The translations under genes were made by a program, and so were the position numbers. Of a DNA stretch of 64,000 bases, positions 1 through 12,991 are shown in pieces (the first letter of the stretch is position 1; each line of letters starts with the position of its first letter). The stretch is from Octopus vulgaris (lineage: Eukaryota), in contig OX597820.1 of assembly GCA_951406725.2 (NCBI GenBank), positions 31,124,001 to 31,188,000 of the forward strand. The letters run 5' to 3'. The notes under the pieces were generated by a model, which searched no databases, was not told where the DNA came from, and was given only the letters and a program-made list of their open reading frames with translations.

Positions 1-7
1 TTTAAAT

Positions 8-230
8 CATGCATAGGTAACTTGGTGTGCAGCCTTTGAGGAGTTTCTAGGTTACTAATTTCATACTAAGACAAAATTTAATACGAAGACAAATATAATT
101 AAGAACTGCAAAAAATTCTGTGTAAAGTGGGCAAGTAATATTTCATGCATATGTGTTTTATGATGCAACCCTCTCCCACTTGGAAATGGTATGATGCGGC
201 CTCTAGTTGATGAAAAGTTGCCCATCCCTG
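8..230. mobile_element. Old hAT (Charlie/SPIN-like) non-autonomous element
   Basis: Right end ...aaaagttgcccatccctg (revcomp CAGGGATGGGCAAC); degenerate left end catgcataggtaac; flanked by tttaaat (1-7, window edge) and atttaaat (231-238), consistent with an 8-bp TSD. Confidence 0.55.
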
Positions 231-850
231 ATTTAAATTGTCCTTTTTAAAGATGCTTCAATGCATTTTGATGAACTGACTGCTATTTCAACTATACATA
301 AGCTATCTTGTTGAGCAACTGTTTCTGATGTCAGGGTAAACTGTCCTAGAAATTGGGACTCAAAATACATGGTTCATCATTCATATGCTTAATGGTTGGT
401 TTTTTGATACGAGCATGGCTTAGATGGCCGGTAACTGAAGCAGGATTTTCGGAGATGTTCATTCTGGCACTATCCCTTGCTTATTTTCAAGTGAGAGAAT
501 TTTAAAATTATTTTTATTCCAGAGGAACTTGAAAGCATAGAGCTAGTGGACAATATGTTGACAGGAAATGTCAACAAATATCACCATTTGTTGCCTGGCC
601 TCAAACAATGATGGCCATAGCTCAGCGTAGGTTGCAAACATTCGCACAGAAACGTGTATGCACATATGCAGATGTCTGTACATGCTTTTAGTCTCTGTCT
701 GCTAAATTTTCTCATAAGACATTGCTTGGCCTTGACCTTATTTTCGAAACAGAAAACTTACTGAAGGAAACTTATTAGTTGATTGATATACATAGAGAGC
801 ACAAATAAATAGAATTACATTAGTTGAATTACTGATAAATTCTTTTCTTT

Positions 851-1057
851 TCTACTCCAGGCACAAGGCCTGAAATTTTGGGGGAGGGGGCCACTTGAGA
901 TCGACCCTAATACGCAACTGGTACTTAATTTATCAACCCTGAAAGGATGAAAGGCCAAGTTGACCTCAATGGAATTTGAACTCAGAATGTAAAGACAGAT
1001 GAAATACCGCAAAGCATTTTGCCTGGTGTGCTAATGTTTCTGCCAGTTCACCACCTT
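851..1057 (-). mobile_element. tRNA-derived SINE family A (Nin-domain-like core). Other copies: 4600-4790, 4840-5047, 10347-10559, 16519-16726, 24870-25084, 27922-28602 (x3), 31280-31467, 43480-43685, 57305-57510; opposite strand 7370-7597, 56300-56490
   Basis: Recurrent ~210-nt sequence; the minus strand reads ggcgagctggcagaaac...gagttcaaattcc (A/B boxes)...gcctttcatcctttcggggtcgataaa...agtaccag. Confidence 0.85.
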
Positions 1058-4000
1058 TACTGATATATTGTGTGGATTTAGGCTAAGGTCTAGAGGTTAT
1101 GGTAGAGTTCAACAGATTTAAACAAAACAAAAAAAATACAGGGCCATAAATTTTGAGATGGGGTAGAAATTGATCTCACAACCTTCTGATGGTGAATTCT
1201 ATAGCCTATCACTGGGCCTTACACCATAAACATAAGAACTACTAAACCTTTTACAAGTTGACAGACTAATAATCTTTTATCTCTAAAGAATATATTAAAA
1301 TGGAAAAAAAAGACAAAGTTCACATTGGACAAGACCATAACTAAAATCAAGGGAAACTCCACAGAGCTCGTGATCTGTTAGAAGCAGCAGCCATATCTCC
1401 ACCAAATCATTACACTTTACTGCCTTAAACAAGGAAGGATATATTGAACAATGTGGTCCTTAGTACAGTGTACCTAAGACATGGATGGTATGGTCATAAG
1501 AGCAATGTCTGACTATGAGTCTGTTCAATTAGGGCTGACCAGGGGCCAAACAGGAAAATAGTTTATTTACAGATGTTGTTTCCATCACTGGACTGTGGCC
1601 ATACAGGATCAACACATTGAAGGGTTTTGTAGAAGAAAAGAAAGAAAACAAAAACCCAACCCCAGTAATTTTGGTACATATTGTATTAGTCCTTTTATTT
1701 GCTAAACTGCCAAGTAGCAGGGATGTAAACAAACCGACATTTATTGTCAAATGGCTGGGGGTGGGGTATGGAAAACACACACACACAACAAGCTTCTACA
1801 CAGATTCCAACTACCAAATTCATTCACAAAGCATTAGTCAGCCTTGAGCTATAGCAGTAGACACTTGCCCAAGGTGCCATGCAGTGGGATTGAACACAAA
1901 ACCATTAGGTTGCAAAGCAAGCTTCTTAACTACCCTACCATGCCAGATAAAGACGTTTTTTTTTTTTCCTTTTTAAAAATATTTTAGATATTTTGGTTTC
2001 CTCTAGACAGATGGTAATTACGTCTCGAGTTACACTCTGGTGTTAAATCATATTTCAAGTAGCAGATGATGGTGATGATGATGATGATAACGATGCTAAA
2101 ATGCATTAGAGAAAAAATTTAATGAGTTTCGAACGGATATGGATATGACGAAAGAATGACTGTATTTTCTGAGAGGAAGACTCTTAATGGCCTTGCTCTC
2201 TGAAATAGCAGTTAGCCAATGGTGACTGGTGATGGTGGCACTAGTTGTGGTAGTGGTGGTACATTGAAGATGAGGTGAGAGAGAGAGGGAGGTCCAGTTA
2301 AGCTTTGTTATCTGTCATCAATGAATATGGTCACTCAGTATTGAGTAAGTGCGTGTGTGTATGTTCACGTGTGTCTGTGCGTATGTGTGCACCTAGCGGA
2401 GAAATACAATTAGATATTTTTAGAGCAGGAGTCATCCTGACCCCAACCCCTGCCCTCCCTGCACACACCTGTAATATAGAAAGGAAGTACATCGGCAGGA
2501 CTTAAAATTGCTGTTTCTATGCTAATGTTTATTCCACTCCTTTATTTAGTTAGTCACTGATGCATTTGTGGTTGTTATATTGTTTTAGCCCTGTGCAAGT
2601 GTTGATTCACACCTATAATTGAAGCCTATTCCAGCCGTGATCATCCAGTTTCAGATATAGCAGCAGCGTAGCTTGGAATAAATTATCCAGTGTATCCAAC
2701 TTTTTTTTTTTTTTGAAAAAGGTTTATAGGGGGTTATTTTGATCATATTCGGCTGCTATTTCTTGCAGATTAAGCAACTGAATAATAACTCCATAACAAA
2801 ATTTAATGTGTTGCTATGATGGCAGTGAGGTCAGGGCCGTCACCAGGCAGATATGATCAAGAGTATTTTAGCCATGATTGCTCTGTCTTTAATACAGACA
2901 CAAAAGATATGGATGATGATGATGATGATGATGATGACAACGACGATTATGATGTGTCAAGGATGAGATAAACTGCAAACTCCCTCTTCAAAGATGATAG
3001 AACTGTTGCTGTTGCAACTGTTTAACACTAGATTAACTTTATCAAACAGACCTATGATGGAATTCTTTCCAACCATGATCATCCCATCTTTTACCTATGT
3101 GCAAAGAACCCAGGATCACATAAGTCAATGTGTCCCCTTCTAAGATGGCAGTGTGTGAAAATATCCTGTGGTATTCAGTCGCATCTCTTAATCACCTGGA
3201 TTCAAATTTCACTCAAGTCAGTTTTGCTGTTCACTGCTCCGATTTCACTGAATCAAGACTACCACAACTGAAAAGGGTTATATTACTCAATGATACACCT
3301 TCAAGCTGATGCTTTAGTGCGGCTGCACTCTCATGATTACAACTTGTAAAGCATTGAAATTATAATAAAGAGTAGGAGCTTGCTTAGCCCTGCCAAACTG
3401 AGATTTGAAAACGAATCTCCATACTTGTTGCTTATGAGACAACTGTCTGATTTCATTGTGTTTTATCTCCATGCTGGGAGGTTAATGAGAACTAGCTAAC
3501 TTGCTAGGACCTTTGCTGGTCACTGAAGAATCAGTCCTGACCTACTTTCTGTTTTAGGCCTGACCTACTTCCTGGCCATACCTGATATAACTGAGATCAT
3601 CTTTCTCTTATTTGTCACTTAGAGAAGTATTTCATATCTGATCAACTGTTTGACTCAGCAAATTTAGTCCTTAAGCAGTTAAGCCAGTCATATCCAGCCG
3701 AAATAATCTACCTGCTTTATGTTTGATCAACCAGATCCTGCCTCGCCCCACCAGAATAATTCTAAAAGTAAACAATCGCGTCATCATAATCTTGAAGTTA
3801 CAAGACAATGTATGATTATTTCAAAACAATGTGAATAAATAAGTGTTACATCTGACAGAATGATGATGATCATTATCTAAGGCAAGTTAAAATTTACTTT
3901 CTGAAAGAATGGGCAGAGGATAAGGTGTCTGTCAGTGGAGATTAGCAGTTGAGGGTTCACACACAATACTCTAAGTAAGGTCAATGGAACTCTGGTCTTT

Positions 4001-4273
4001 ATGGGAATGAGCAGAAGAAAAGGTATCAAGAACAATGTGAAGCTTCTGAGAAAGCATACAGATGGCTCTAGTTGAAAAGAGGCCACTGATGCAGTCAGTA
4101 AAACACCACTTGGACACAGCTCTTGGCTTGATCAACATAAGTCAGGTTTCCTGGATAAGGAGGTATGTTGTATAACCTGAAACACTTGTGACCCTTCAAT
4201 ACAACATTGATGATCCCACCAGGTATTGCATCTGTAGATGTATGTCAAATTTATTTATCTTATTTCCTAATAA

Positions 4274-4578
4274 TCATCATTGTCATTATCGTTTAACGTC
4301 CATTTTCCATGCTAGCATGGGTTGGACGGTTTGACCAGGGTCTGGGAAGCCAGTAGGCCGTACCAAGCTCCAGTCTGATCTGGCAGTGTTTCTACAGCTA
4401 GATGCCCTCCCTAACGCCAACCACTCTGTGAGTGTAGAGGGTGCTTTTTATGTGCCACTGGCACAGGGGCCAGAGAAGGCTGGCAACGGCCACGATCAAC
4501 TGGTGCTTTTTACGTGCCACTGGCACGGAAGCCAGTCAAGGCAGCGCTGGCATCAGCCACGTTTGGATGGTGCTTTTT
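4274..4578 (-). mobile_element. Family C repeat (RTE-LINE 3' UTR / RTE-tailed SINE) ending in (GAT)n. Other copies: 13895-14080, 16944-17114, 30495-30770, 33045-33405(+), 40530-40825(+), 43335-43750(+), 46465-46800(+), 55900-56180
   Basis: Recurrent agtggttggcgttaggaagggcatccagctgtagaaac...aacccatgctagcatggaaaacggacgttaaacgatgatg; the same sequence follows an RTE ORF end at 41277-42050. Confidence 0.8.
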
Positions 4579-5058
4579 AATAATAATAATAATAATAATG
4601 GTTCCAAATTTTGGCACAGGACCAGCAGTTTTTGAGGAGAAGGGGCAAGTTGATTACATCAAACCACTTGACTGGTATGTATTTTATTGACTTCAAAAAG
4701 ATGAAAGGCAAAGTCATCCTTGGTGGGACTTGAAATCAGAATGTAAAAATGGATGAAATAACACTAAGCACCAGCATGTTAATGATCTTGGGAGTTCTTT
4801 ACTTTATAATAATAATAATAATAATAATAATTGTTGTTTCAAATTTTGGTACTGGACCAGCAAATTTGGGCTGGGGTTTAAGTCAATTACATTGACCCCA
4901 GTGCTCAACTGGTATTTATTTTATCAAATCTGAAAGGATGAAAACCAAAGTCAACCTTGGCAGCACTTGAACTCAAAATATAAAGACAGATAAAATACCA
5001 CTAAGCATTTTGCCTGGTGTGCTAATGATACTACCAGCTCACTACCTAATAATAACAA

Positions 5059-5767
5059 TGTCAACAGCAAAATGAAACCATTGATCATGTTGTCTCCATG
5101 TGCAGTCTTTCTGCACCTACAGAGTATCTCAACAGGCATGATATATTCACTTGCCCCATGATAAAAACTGGTGGGAACACAAACCACCTCCAGTGCTTGA
5201 AAACGATCACATCTCACTCATCTGGACCTTCACCATTCAAACTTACAGAAAGATAGATGCAAACAGGCCAGACATCATATTGAAAGACTTCAGACAAAAA
5301 TCATGCCTCCTCATTGATATGACTGTCCCCATCGATATAAATGTATCTGTCAAGGCCTACCAAAAACTAAGCAGTATAAAGATCTTGAAATAGAAATTGG
5401 CAAAATGTGGAACCTGAAGACTAAAACAATACCTTTTGTCATAGGTGCCCTGGGAATGATAGCAAAAGGGGCTGATTGCTACCTAGCTCAGATACTAGGA
5501 AACCCCAAAATGGCAGAAATTCAAAAGATAGAGCTCATGGGAACTGTCCATATCCTACGTAAAATACTGTCTATGTAATCTCAAATTTTAACACAAACTC
5601 ATAATTTTCCTATGTTTTCTTAAACATCCTCTAGAACAATACAATGTACAATACCAAATATATGACATCCTATATAACACCAACATGAACTTCTAACTTG
5701 TTGTCTCTTGAGGTCTCTGGGTGAGACTTGGAGCCAACTTGTACAAATACAAATCAAAAGTCAAACA
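5059..5767 (+). mobile_element. 5'-truncated R4/Dong-type non-LTR retrotransposon 3' end (restriction-like endonuclease domain plus 3' UTR)
   Basis: HDKNWWEHKPPPVLEN...IW.F.IQT.RKIDANRPDII...CLLIDMTVP.D..., then after a frameshift KDLEIEIGKMWNLKTKTIPFVIGALG...GTVHILRKILSM*; both flanks are (TAA)n-like. Confidence 0.85.
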
Positions 5768-5900
5768 TAATAATAATAATAACAATAATAAATATGAGAA
5801 CAATTTTGAGATGAGTAACCTAGCAACAAAAATAACACACTTCATTTATTTTTGAAGTGACTGAAAACAAATAAATGAATATTTTGTATTTGGGTCTTAC

Positions 5901-6028
5901 CCAGTTGATGAATATTGCTTGGATGAACTTGACCACTTCAAGGGTTACTTGGAGACTGATAGGGATCAAGTTGTTGTATAAAATGATAAATGTTAACAGG
6001 TTATATCCAAAATTGCTAGGGGTCATTT
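5901..6028 (-). CDS. ATP8A1: Flippase exon (128 nt, phase 1->0): [42 protein letters not shown] (TM4)
   Basis: ttttcag|AA acceptor, TGG|gtaaga donor; PISL motif of P4-ATPase TM4. Confidence 0.97.
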
Positions 6029-6862
6029 CTGAAAATAAATAAGAAAAAGATTATGATGACTACTAACAATAACAACAACAATAATAATAATAATAATAAT
6101 GATAATAATGATTTCTTGTATTTGCCACAAGGGCCACAAACATTTAGGACAATACAAAGATAAATAGTGGGGAGTTACATAGACATATGCAAACAATAAA
6201 AACAATAACTAATGAGAAATTTATAACAAGATACCCCAGTAGCAGGGTAGTACCACCCAAGGATAATGATGGAACCCCACACATCCTTGGTCGATGACAA
6301 TTAAGAACAACACTAAGGAGCACCCTTCTCCTGTCTGTTCTCTCCAACCTACAGGCACCAACTTAGATTTGTGCACTCACTTGGACCATTCTTGCTACAC
6401 TCACCCAACATTCAACAAATTTATTAAGGGGCAGCATCTCCCTCTTGACTTGTATCTTCTTTTCCAAGTGGAACTTTGAAAAAATGTCAATGAGGGTTGC
6501 GAAAAGAGGTAAGTCAGTCCTTTCAGTCTTGTCCACCATACAACTTCTTGTATCATAGCTATCAGGAAGAGAAAGACTGCCTGCCTTTCCCAGCCAAAGT
6601 AAGGGAGGCAGGGTGGTTGTTCTTCACAGTGGAGTAGGAAAGTCCTGATTTGAAAGTCCTCCAGAATAGACCAGCCAGTCAATTCTCATCAATGCCCAAT
6701 GGAACACCATAGTGGAGCTTCCCCAGACCACATTGCCTGACTGACAGAGGGCTGTGAGCACCTGATGACAATAACAATAACCCTTTCTGTTATAGGCACA
6801 AGGCCTGAAATTTTGGGAGAGGGAACTATATATATAGATGTACATTCAGACACAGAACATAC

Positions 6863-6971
6863 CTGCATATCCAAGATACCAATCCCTGTTCACATGATTG
6901 TGAGTCCATACAAAACTAGCAATGGCACTCAACAGCGACAGGCATATTAATAGCACAAACAGGTTCAGGAT
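6863..6971 (-). CDS. ATP8A1: Flippase exon (109 nt, phase 0->1): ILNLFVLLICLSLLSAIASFVWTHNHVNRDWYLGYA (TM3)
   Basis: ttcttctctag|ATC acceptor, G|gtatgt donor; hydrophobic TM3 followed by WYL; not in the ORF track. Confidence 0.93.
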
Positions 6972-7092
6972 CTAGAGAAGAAAAAGAAAGAAAAATATAG
7001 TAATAATCGTAACAGCAGTAACAACAATATTGATTTCATTTTTTTGTTACAAGTAACTTGATTGAAAGAGAACCTTGGTAACCAGTGATAGT

Positions 7093-7240
7093 TTGACCCT
7101 TTCGCATTTAAACTGGCCATATCCAGCCCAAATATTCTATTTGTTCTGTATTTAAACCAATCAAATCTGGCCTCTTACATGTACCCTACAATGTCATTCT
7201 AAAAAACAACTGACAGAGTAATCTGAATACTAAAAGGTTG
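7093..7240. mobile_element. piggyBac-like MITE family. Other copies: ~3670-3860, 10176-10628 (SINE inserted), 17115-17656 (SINE inserted), 57855-58082
   Basis: Degenerate TTAA-CCCTTT...AAAGGG-TTAA ends; shared internal aactggccatatccagcc and gtaatctgaatgctaaagggtt. Confidence 0.55.
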
Positions 7241-8316
7241 ATCAAACAGTGTAAGAGCTAGGATACAAGGTAACAGGTGACAGAGAACTCTTATAGACTA
7301 ATTGGAAAATTTGTCTATAAGAGTCTTTATGGAATAGTTTGCTTTTCAATATTTTATTCAGGAAAAAGATGGCAAGCTGGCAGAATCATTAGGATACTGG
7401 ACAAAATGTTTAGGCTTTGGCCTTCATCTGAGAGGGCAGAAAATATGATGATCTTTAGCAATTGAGGAGTTGGGGTTGACTTTGTCTTTTATTCTTTTAG
7501 GGTCGATAAAATAAGTATCAGTTAAATACTGGGGTCGATGTAACTGACTTAGCCCCTTCCCTGAAACTGCTGGCCTTGTGCCAAAATTTGAAACCAATAT
7601 TTTATTCAAGAAGTAAGGCATTGTTCGAGATACCTTACAGTGTCTCCAAAGCTGACAGAAAGGAAGGAGGCAAGGAGAGGATAAGAAGTTATCCTTAAAC
7701 TAGAGGTCAGGTCTACATGCTTGCAATAGAGAGGACTTTTAAAAGTACCCAAGGTGCTAGGTAGTGGTGTGGATGAGATGAGTTAAATCAAGAAGTAAAA
7801 AATCTAATGTTTTAGGCTTTGGCCTTCATCTGATGCAGGACCAATGTCCAAAATGTTAGGACTCTTCTGCTATCTATCAAGGGTTAAGCTATGCAGTAAA
7901 TCAATATATTTCTTTCCATGTAACAGCATTTCACACCCATACCCTGGCACACACTACCAGCACACCCTCCACATTCCTCTTGCCTTCCCCTTTTACCTCA
8001 CTCATGCTTGCTGTTACCTATCCACTGCCACACTTTCCTCATACACAAATCCTGACACCTCACCACCCACTAAACCATGCCACTATATTTCAGCACTTGC
8101 ACACTTTTACCCACATACACCCCCTCCTCCACATGCCCATCTCTAAAACCAAATACACTCCTATACATGAACATACACACTTGCCCCTCCTGTCTTTTCT
8201 TAACTTCCCTCACAAAAGAACTGCATTTCCTCCAGGTTCCTAGCACCTTGCCAATTTTTGGTTGACCCCCAACAACAAACACAAAGAACAAGGTAAAAGT
8301 TATGTTGGTTACTCAC

Positions 8317-8414
8317 AGCTTTATTTGTTATTTTTTCCACATTAGATCGCTTCAAAGGGGCAGAGGTAGTGTTAAGCATCAGCTTACTTTCATGACCAGT
8401 GTAAATAACAATAC
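8317..8414 (-). CDS. ATP8A1: Flippase exon (98 nt, phase 1->0): GIVIYTGHESKLMLNTTSAPLKRSNVEKITNKA
   Basis: gtgcag|GT acceptor, GCT|gtgagt donor; YTG.E.KLM.N....P.K.S..E motif. Confidence 0.95.
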
Positions 8415-8956
8415 CTGCACATTTGAATAAATAAACATATAAATAAATGACAACAACAACAACAATAAAAACAACAATAATAAATAGCAATAATTTGATT
8501 CAATCTCCTAAAGGCCTCAGAAAAAAAAGTGGGAGCATAACTTAACTCTCTTGGAATCAATTGAATGAGAGTTAAATTTATGCCCCACCCTACTCATAGG
8601 GTAAAGACGTCTCCCCTAGAAAGTAACCCTCCAAGGCCAAATCTGGGCAAGGTTATTTATGGAAGACCAGCTGTTGCCCATGCATACCAGCCTCTCTACC
8701 TTCTCAAAGATACAATGAAATACTAGTAATGAATCTGAATTGAAGTTAAGTTAGGCACTAGCAGACCAATTACACAACCCATGTGGTTATATTACTTTGA
8801 TACATTGTTGAAGAGAAAGGGGCATGCCATTAAAATGCAATGAACCAATCAATGCCTCATTGGAAATCAATAACCAATCACATTATTATTCACCAGTTAT
8901 GATGTAGAATAAATAAGTATTCAATCTCTTTTTCATCTAGTTTATTACAGGTACTC

Positions 8957-9343
8957 CAGGCACGTGCTGTCAGTAATTACTCAGGGTAGGCAGTTGGTGA
9001 CGTTTATGTAGTAAAACACAGGCACGTGACTGAGTTGTAGGTAGATTTACTTCTGCCTTTATAGCGCATACAGAAAATGTTGTTGTAGGAATGTACGCAG
9101 CATGTGTACTACAGCAATACTATGTGTAGCTTTAATACTGAGATTGAAAGGTAGAGGTGAATTATGCCTACCGTATCTACAGAAAAATAAAATATTTTGC
9201 ATTTTATGCATAGTAATCAGAGTAAACTTCACAACTCTATTGAATTTGGTGCATATTTTGCCATAAAAGGAAAATGTTACTATTGATCTATTTTATTCAG
9301 GGTAGGCACTGCCTGCCTTGCCTACACAGGTGGCACGTCCCTG
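8957..9343. mobile_element. hAT-superfamily MITE with perfect 8-bp TSD
   Basis: TIR CAGGCACGTGC / GCACGTCCCTG (one mismatch); AGGTACTC duplicated at 8949-8956 and 9344-9351; internal cagggtaggca repeats. Confidence 0.85.
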
Positions 9344-9976
9344 AGGTACTCACTGAGCTCAGACAGCAAAAAAATGACCCCAGCAGAATTTGAATTTGGA
9401 ACCAACAGAAGTAGCTTTGAATACAGTAATGCTTCTATTCTTTTACTCATTTCAGTTATAGGACTATGGCCATGCTGGAGCACTGGCTTGAAGGATTTAA
9501 TTGATCAAATTGACTCCTCTATTATTTTTTGAGTCTGGTATTCTATCAGTTTCATTTTCAGACACATGCACACTTTCATTTCCATTTTCTGACCATCTAC
9601 TTTCCATGTTAGCATGGGTTTGGATGCAGACTTATTTGAAGTACAATTTTACAGCTGGGTGCTCTTCCTGTCATCAACTCTTACCTATAAGGTGTGTGTG
9701 TGTGTGGTTACTGCAAAGTTTCTGCCAAACAAATTCACTAACAAGGCATTAAGGCAGGGGATTATAGAAGACACTTGCCAAAGTGGCTGTGCAGTAGGAC
9801 TACATCTGAAACCACGTTGTGCAGCAAACTTCCTAACTACACAGCCATGACTGTGACTATATCCACAGTCTATACCTTCTAAATACAATTACAATCTTAG
9901 TCTGAGACAAAACAGTAAAAATTTTTTTTTTTTTAAATGAAGGAAACAAAAGAATGTATCAAACACAGATCCTTAC

Positions 9977-10047
9977 CAAAGATCCATTTTGTGTTTCTCA
10001 GCATAGCACCTCGTAATAACAACTGGTCTGGCCCCAAAGGAATAGCT
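9977..10047 (-). CDS. ATP8A1: Flippase exon (71 nt, phase 2->1): AIPLGPDQLLLRGAMLRNTKWIF
   Basis: tattacag|A acceptor, G|gtaagg donor; PL...Q.LLRG..LRNT.W motif; not in the ORF track, found by reading the sequence. Confidence 0.95.
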
Positions 10048-11534
10048 CTGTAATACAATGACAAGACATATCAGGTGTTAGAACATCAGAAGCATGTGTG
10101 CATGAGAAAAAGTGAAAGAGAGGGGAATAAAAAGTGATGAGAACTGTATTTTTTGGTTAAGAAGAAATCACAAAGCATTTAGCACTTAAATTGGCCATAT
10201 CAGGCCAAAATATCTTACTGGGTTTATGTTCAAACTGGCCAGATCCAGCCTCTCACAAACATCTTATAAAATCATTTTAAAAATAAACTATCACATCTTC
10301 AAACTCTCAAAGCTGTTGGATAATGCCTGATTGGTTAAAAATTAATCCTTTCTGGTATAGGCACAAGGCCTGAAATTTGGGGGAGGGGCCAGTCGATTAG
10401 ATCGATCCCAGTACACAGCTGGTACTTAGTTTATTGACCTCGAAAAGATGAAAGGCAAAGTTGATCTCAGTGGAATTTGAACTTAGAATGCAGTGGCAGA
10501 CAGTATGCCACTTAAGAATTTCACCTGGCGTGCTTACGATTCTGCCAGCTCGCTGCCTTGATTAATTAAAAATAATGTGAATAAATAATTATTACATTTC
10601 ACAGAGTAATCTGAATGCTAAAGGGTTGATTGGTGTGAATAGTTCTACTACTGGAAGGCGGCGGTTGCAGTTGATGTAGTTGTTTAGTCCCAGATAAGCC
10701 ATGGCTGAACAGCAGGCACTTACAATCCAACTGTGACCACCTTGTCATTTTGTGTATGAGGAACCATACTGTCTCATATGTTCTCCCATTTTTAAAATGC
10801 AAGTTAAGTGATTTGAAATTAATTTGACTACTATATCCAGCAGGTTGAATAACCACCTGAAGGCTCTCTTGTTAGCTTGGTGAAAGACATAATGGTTCTG
10901 GGGGTGACGATGGTGGGTGGTGGTGTTCCTTAACCCTATGTTGGCTTGATTGAACCACCTACAATTAAATCCTTCCAGCAATGACCATCCTGTCCTTTTC
11001 CAGCTGTCCATGTACTATTAGATATCATCATTTTCACAACGATAGGATATGATTTCAGGTAAATTTAGCAACTATTTCTAGCTGGTCAAGCAACCACATA
11101 CAGGTATCCAACTGGTTGATAGTGATGCTATTGATGAGTGATGATGATGATGGTGATGTGCAATACTAATGGAGATGATGATGCTGATGGGAATGATGAA
11201 GCTGATTGTGGTGAAGCTAATGTTGATGGTGGTGATGGTAATACTAATGATGAGGATGATGATGATGATAATGACTGTATTGATTGTGATGATGCTAGTG
11301 ATAACATTGGCAATGATCACGATAAGTTGACGATGGTAATATATACGAGTAATTTAGACCAAAGTCAATACCCATCTTAGAATACATCCTCAAGAGTGTT
11401 CTGGCTATGACCATTCAGTCTTCCCTTTCAGTTTATCAGCAACTGCCTTATCCGATGTGTGATTTCTTGGAGATTTGGCAACTGTTATTTCTAGCAAGTC
11501 TCATAGATCATGTAAATAGTGTCTGATTACTTCA

Positions 11535-11914
11535 TTCTTTTATTCTTTAACTTGTTTCAGTCATTTTGAATGCGACCATGTTGGAGCAGCACCTTTTTAG
11601 TCAAGCAAATAGACCCCAAGACTTATTCTTTGTAAGCCTAGTACTTATTCTATCGGTCTCTTTTGCCGAACCGCTAAGTTACAGGGATGTAAACACACCA
11701 GCATCGGTTGTCAAGTGATGTTGGGGAGATGAACACAGACACACAAACACATACATATATACGACGGGCTTCTTTCAGTTTCCGCCTACCAAATCCACTC
11801 ACAAGGCTTTGGTCGGCTCGAGGCTATAGTAGAAGGCCTAAAGTGCCTCGCAGTGCGACTGAACCTGGAACCATGTGGTTGGTAAGCAAGCTACTTACCA
11901 CACAGCCACTCCTG
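11535..11914 (-). mobile_element. tRNA-derived SINE family B (CORE/Meta-like centre with internal (TG)n). Roughly 25 full or partial copies, e.g. 1650-1945, 9440-9850, 22188-22567, 33485-33970, 46135-46345, 52415-52788, 58235-58580
   Basis: Recurrent aggagtggctgtgtggtaag...ggttcagtcccactgc...ttgggcaagtgtcttctactatagcc...gccttgtgagtggatttggtagacggaaactgaaagaagcccgtcg...gtgctccagcatggccgcagtcaaatgactgaaacaagtaaaaga. Confidence 0.85.
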
Positions 11915-12863
11915 TGCCTATTGTCATTGATGACAATAATTTCAATGATGGTAATGATTTAGCATCAATTGGAACAAGGAAATACACCATTACTTCACAA
12001 CCCTATAATCGCTTACACACCCCGAGTCAATGAGGGAGCTGTATGTGCTCGAATGACATGCAAGAAATAGCAGTCAAATCTCTCTTGAATTATACTCTAG
12101 CATGTTAGAAAAAGAGTACACAATGGATGACAATATGGCCCTCAATTCACTATGCTTAGAAAAAAGATGGGAAGGTCAAGGCAGGAATGTCTTTGATTAC
12201 ACATTCACTATCTCAGGGTCCCAGGTTAACATGGAAGAAAACTATTCACATCACCAAAAGAAAAAAAAAAGCGCTAAACCACAGAATAAAATGCCTACGC
12301 ACTCTTCCTTCTTTTTTTAAAATTACATACATTAATATTCATACACATGATATACACAATGACATATACATATTTATACTTTCAAATACATGAGAACGCA
12401 ATTCTATTAATATATTCAAAGACATTACATATTTGCATAACCTTATACACACACACACATGCCCATACAGGCATGCATGTGAAAAATACAGACCTCATAC
12501 ATACACACAATATACAAACAGACCCTCATCCACTCAAACATACAATACACTTCTTCATACATGCAATGCACACATGCCCTCAAAAAAAAAAACACACACA
12601 CACACACAATGTACACACAAACACTTGTACAAACACACAACATAGATAAACTCATAAATATATAACACAGTCCACTTCATATGTACAAACAGCATACATA
12701 CATCCCTTATACATAATCACACACATACACAATAATATATTCATGCATAATTAAAAAAACAATGACTCATTTATTGAAGGATTAATTATGAAAGCAGAGA
12801 GGAAGAATTAAAAAAAATAAAGGACGAATTAAAGCTACTAATCTGCCATTGGTTGAAACTTAC

Positions 12864-12991
12864 TGTCTGCCAGATGGCCGGATATTGCCAGCAAAATCAT
12901 AAAGGAAACGGTTTGGTGTTTCACATTCAACGGTCCCACTGAGTTCCATGAGGTCTTGATGTGTCAGTAACCCAGATGTTTGAGGCAAACC
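12864..12991 (-). CDS. ATP8A1: Flippase exon (128 nt, phase 0->2): GLPQTSGLLTHQDLMELSGTVECETPNRFLYDFAGNIRPSGR
   Basis: tttttccag|GGT acceptor, CA|gtaagt donor; CE.PN..LY.F.G motif. Confidence 0.95.

Noticed and set aside
4145-4192. aggt...acct-gaaac hammerhead-like fragment
   Set aside because: The CUGANGA core is not recognisable; too degenerate to support.
1-5900. Searched for the next flippase exon (D..MY....DT.A.ARTSNLNEELGQ)
   Set aside because: Not found by eye; it presumably lies left of the window. The upstream exon (R.I..N.....F..N.IS) was likewise not found in 55794-64000.
11078-11380. Asp-rich and poly-Ser/Ile/His ORFs
   Set aside because: Degenerate (GAT)n repeat.
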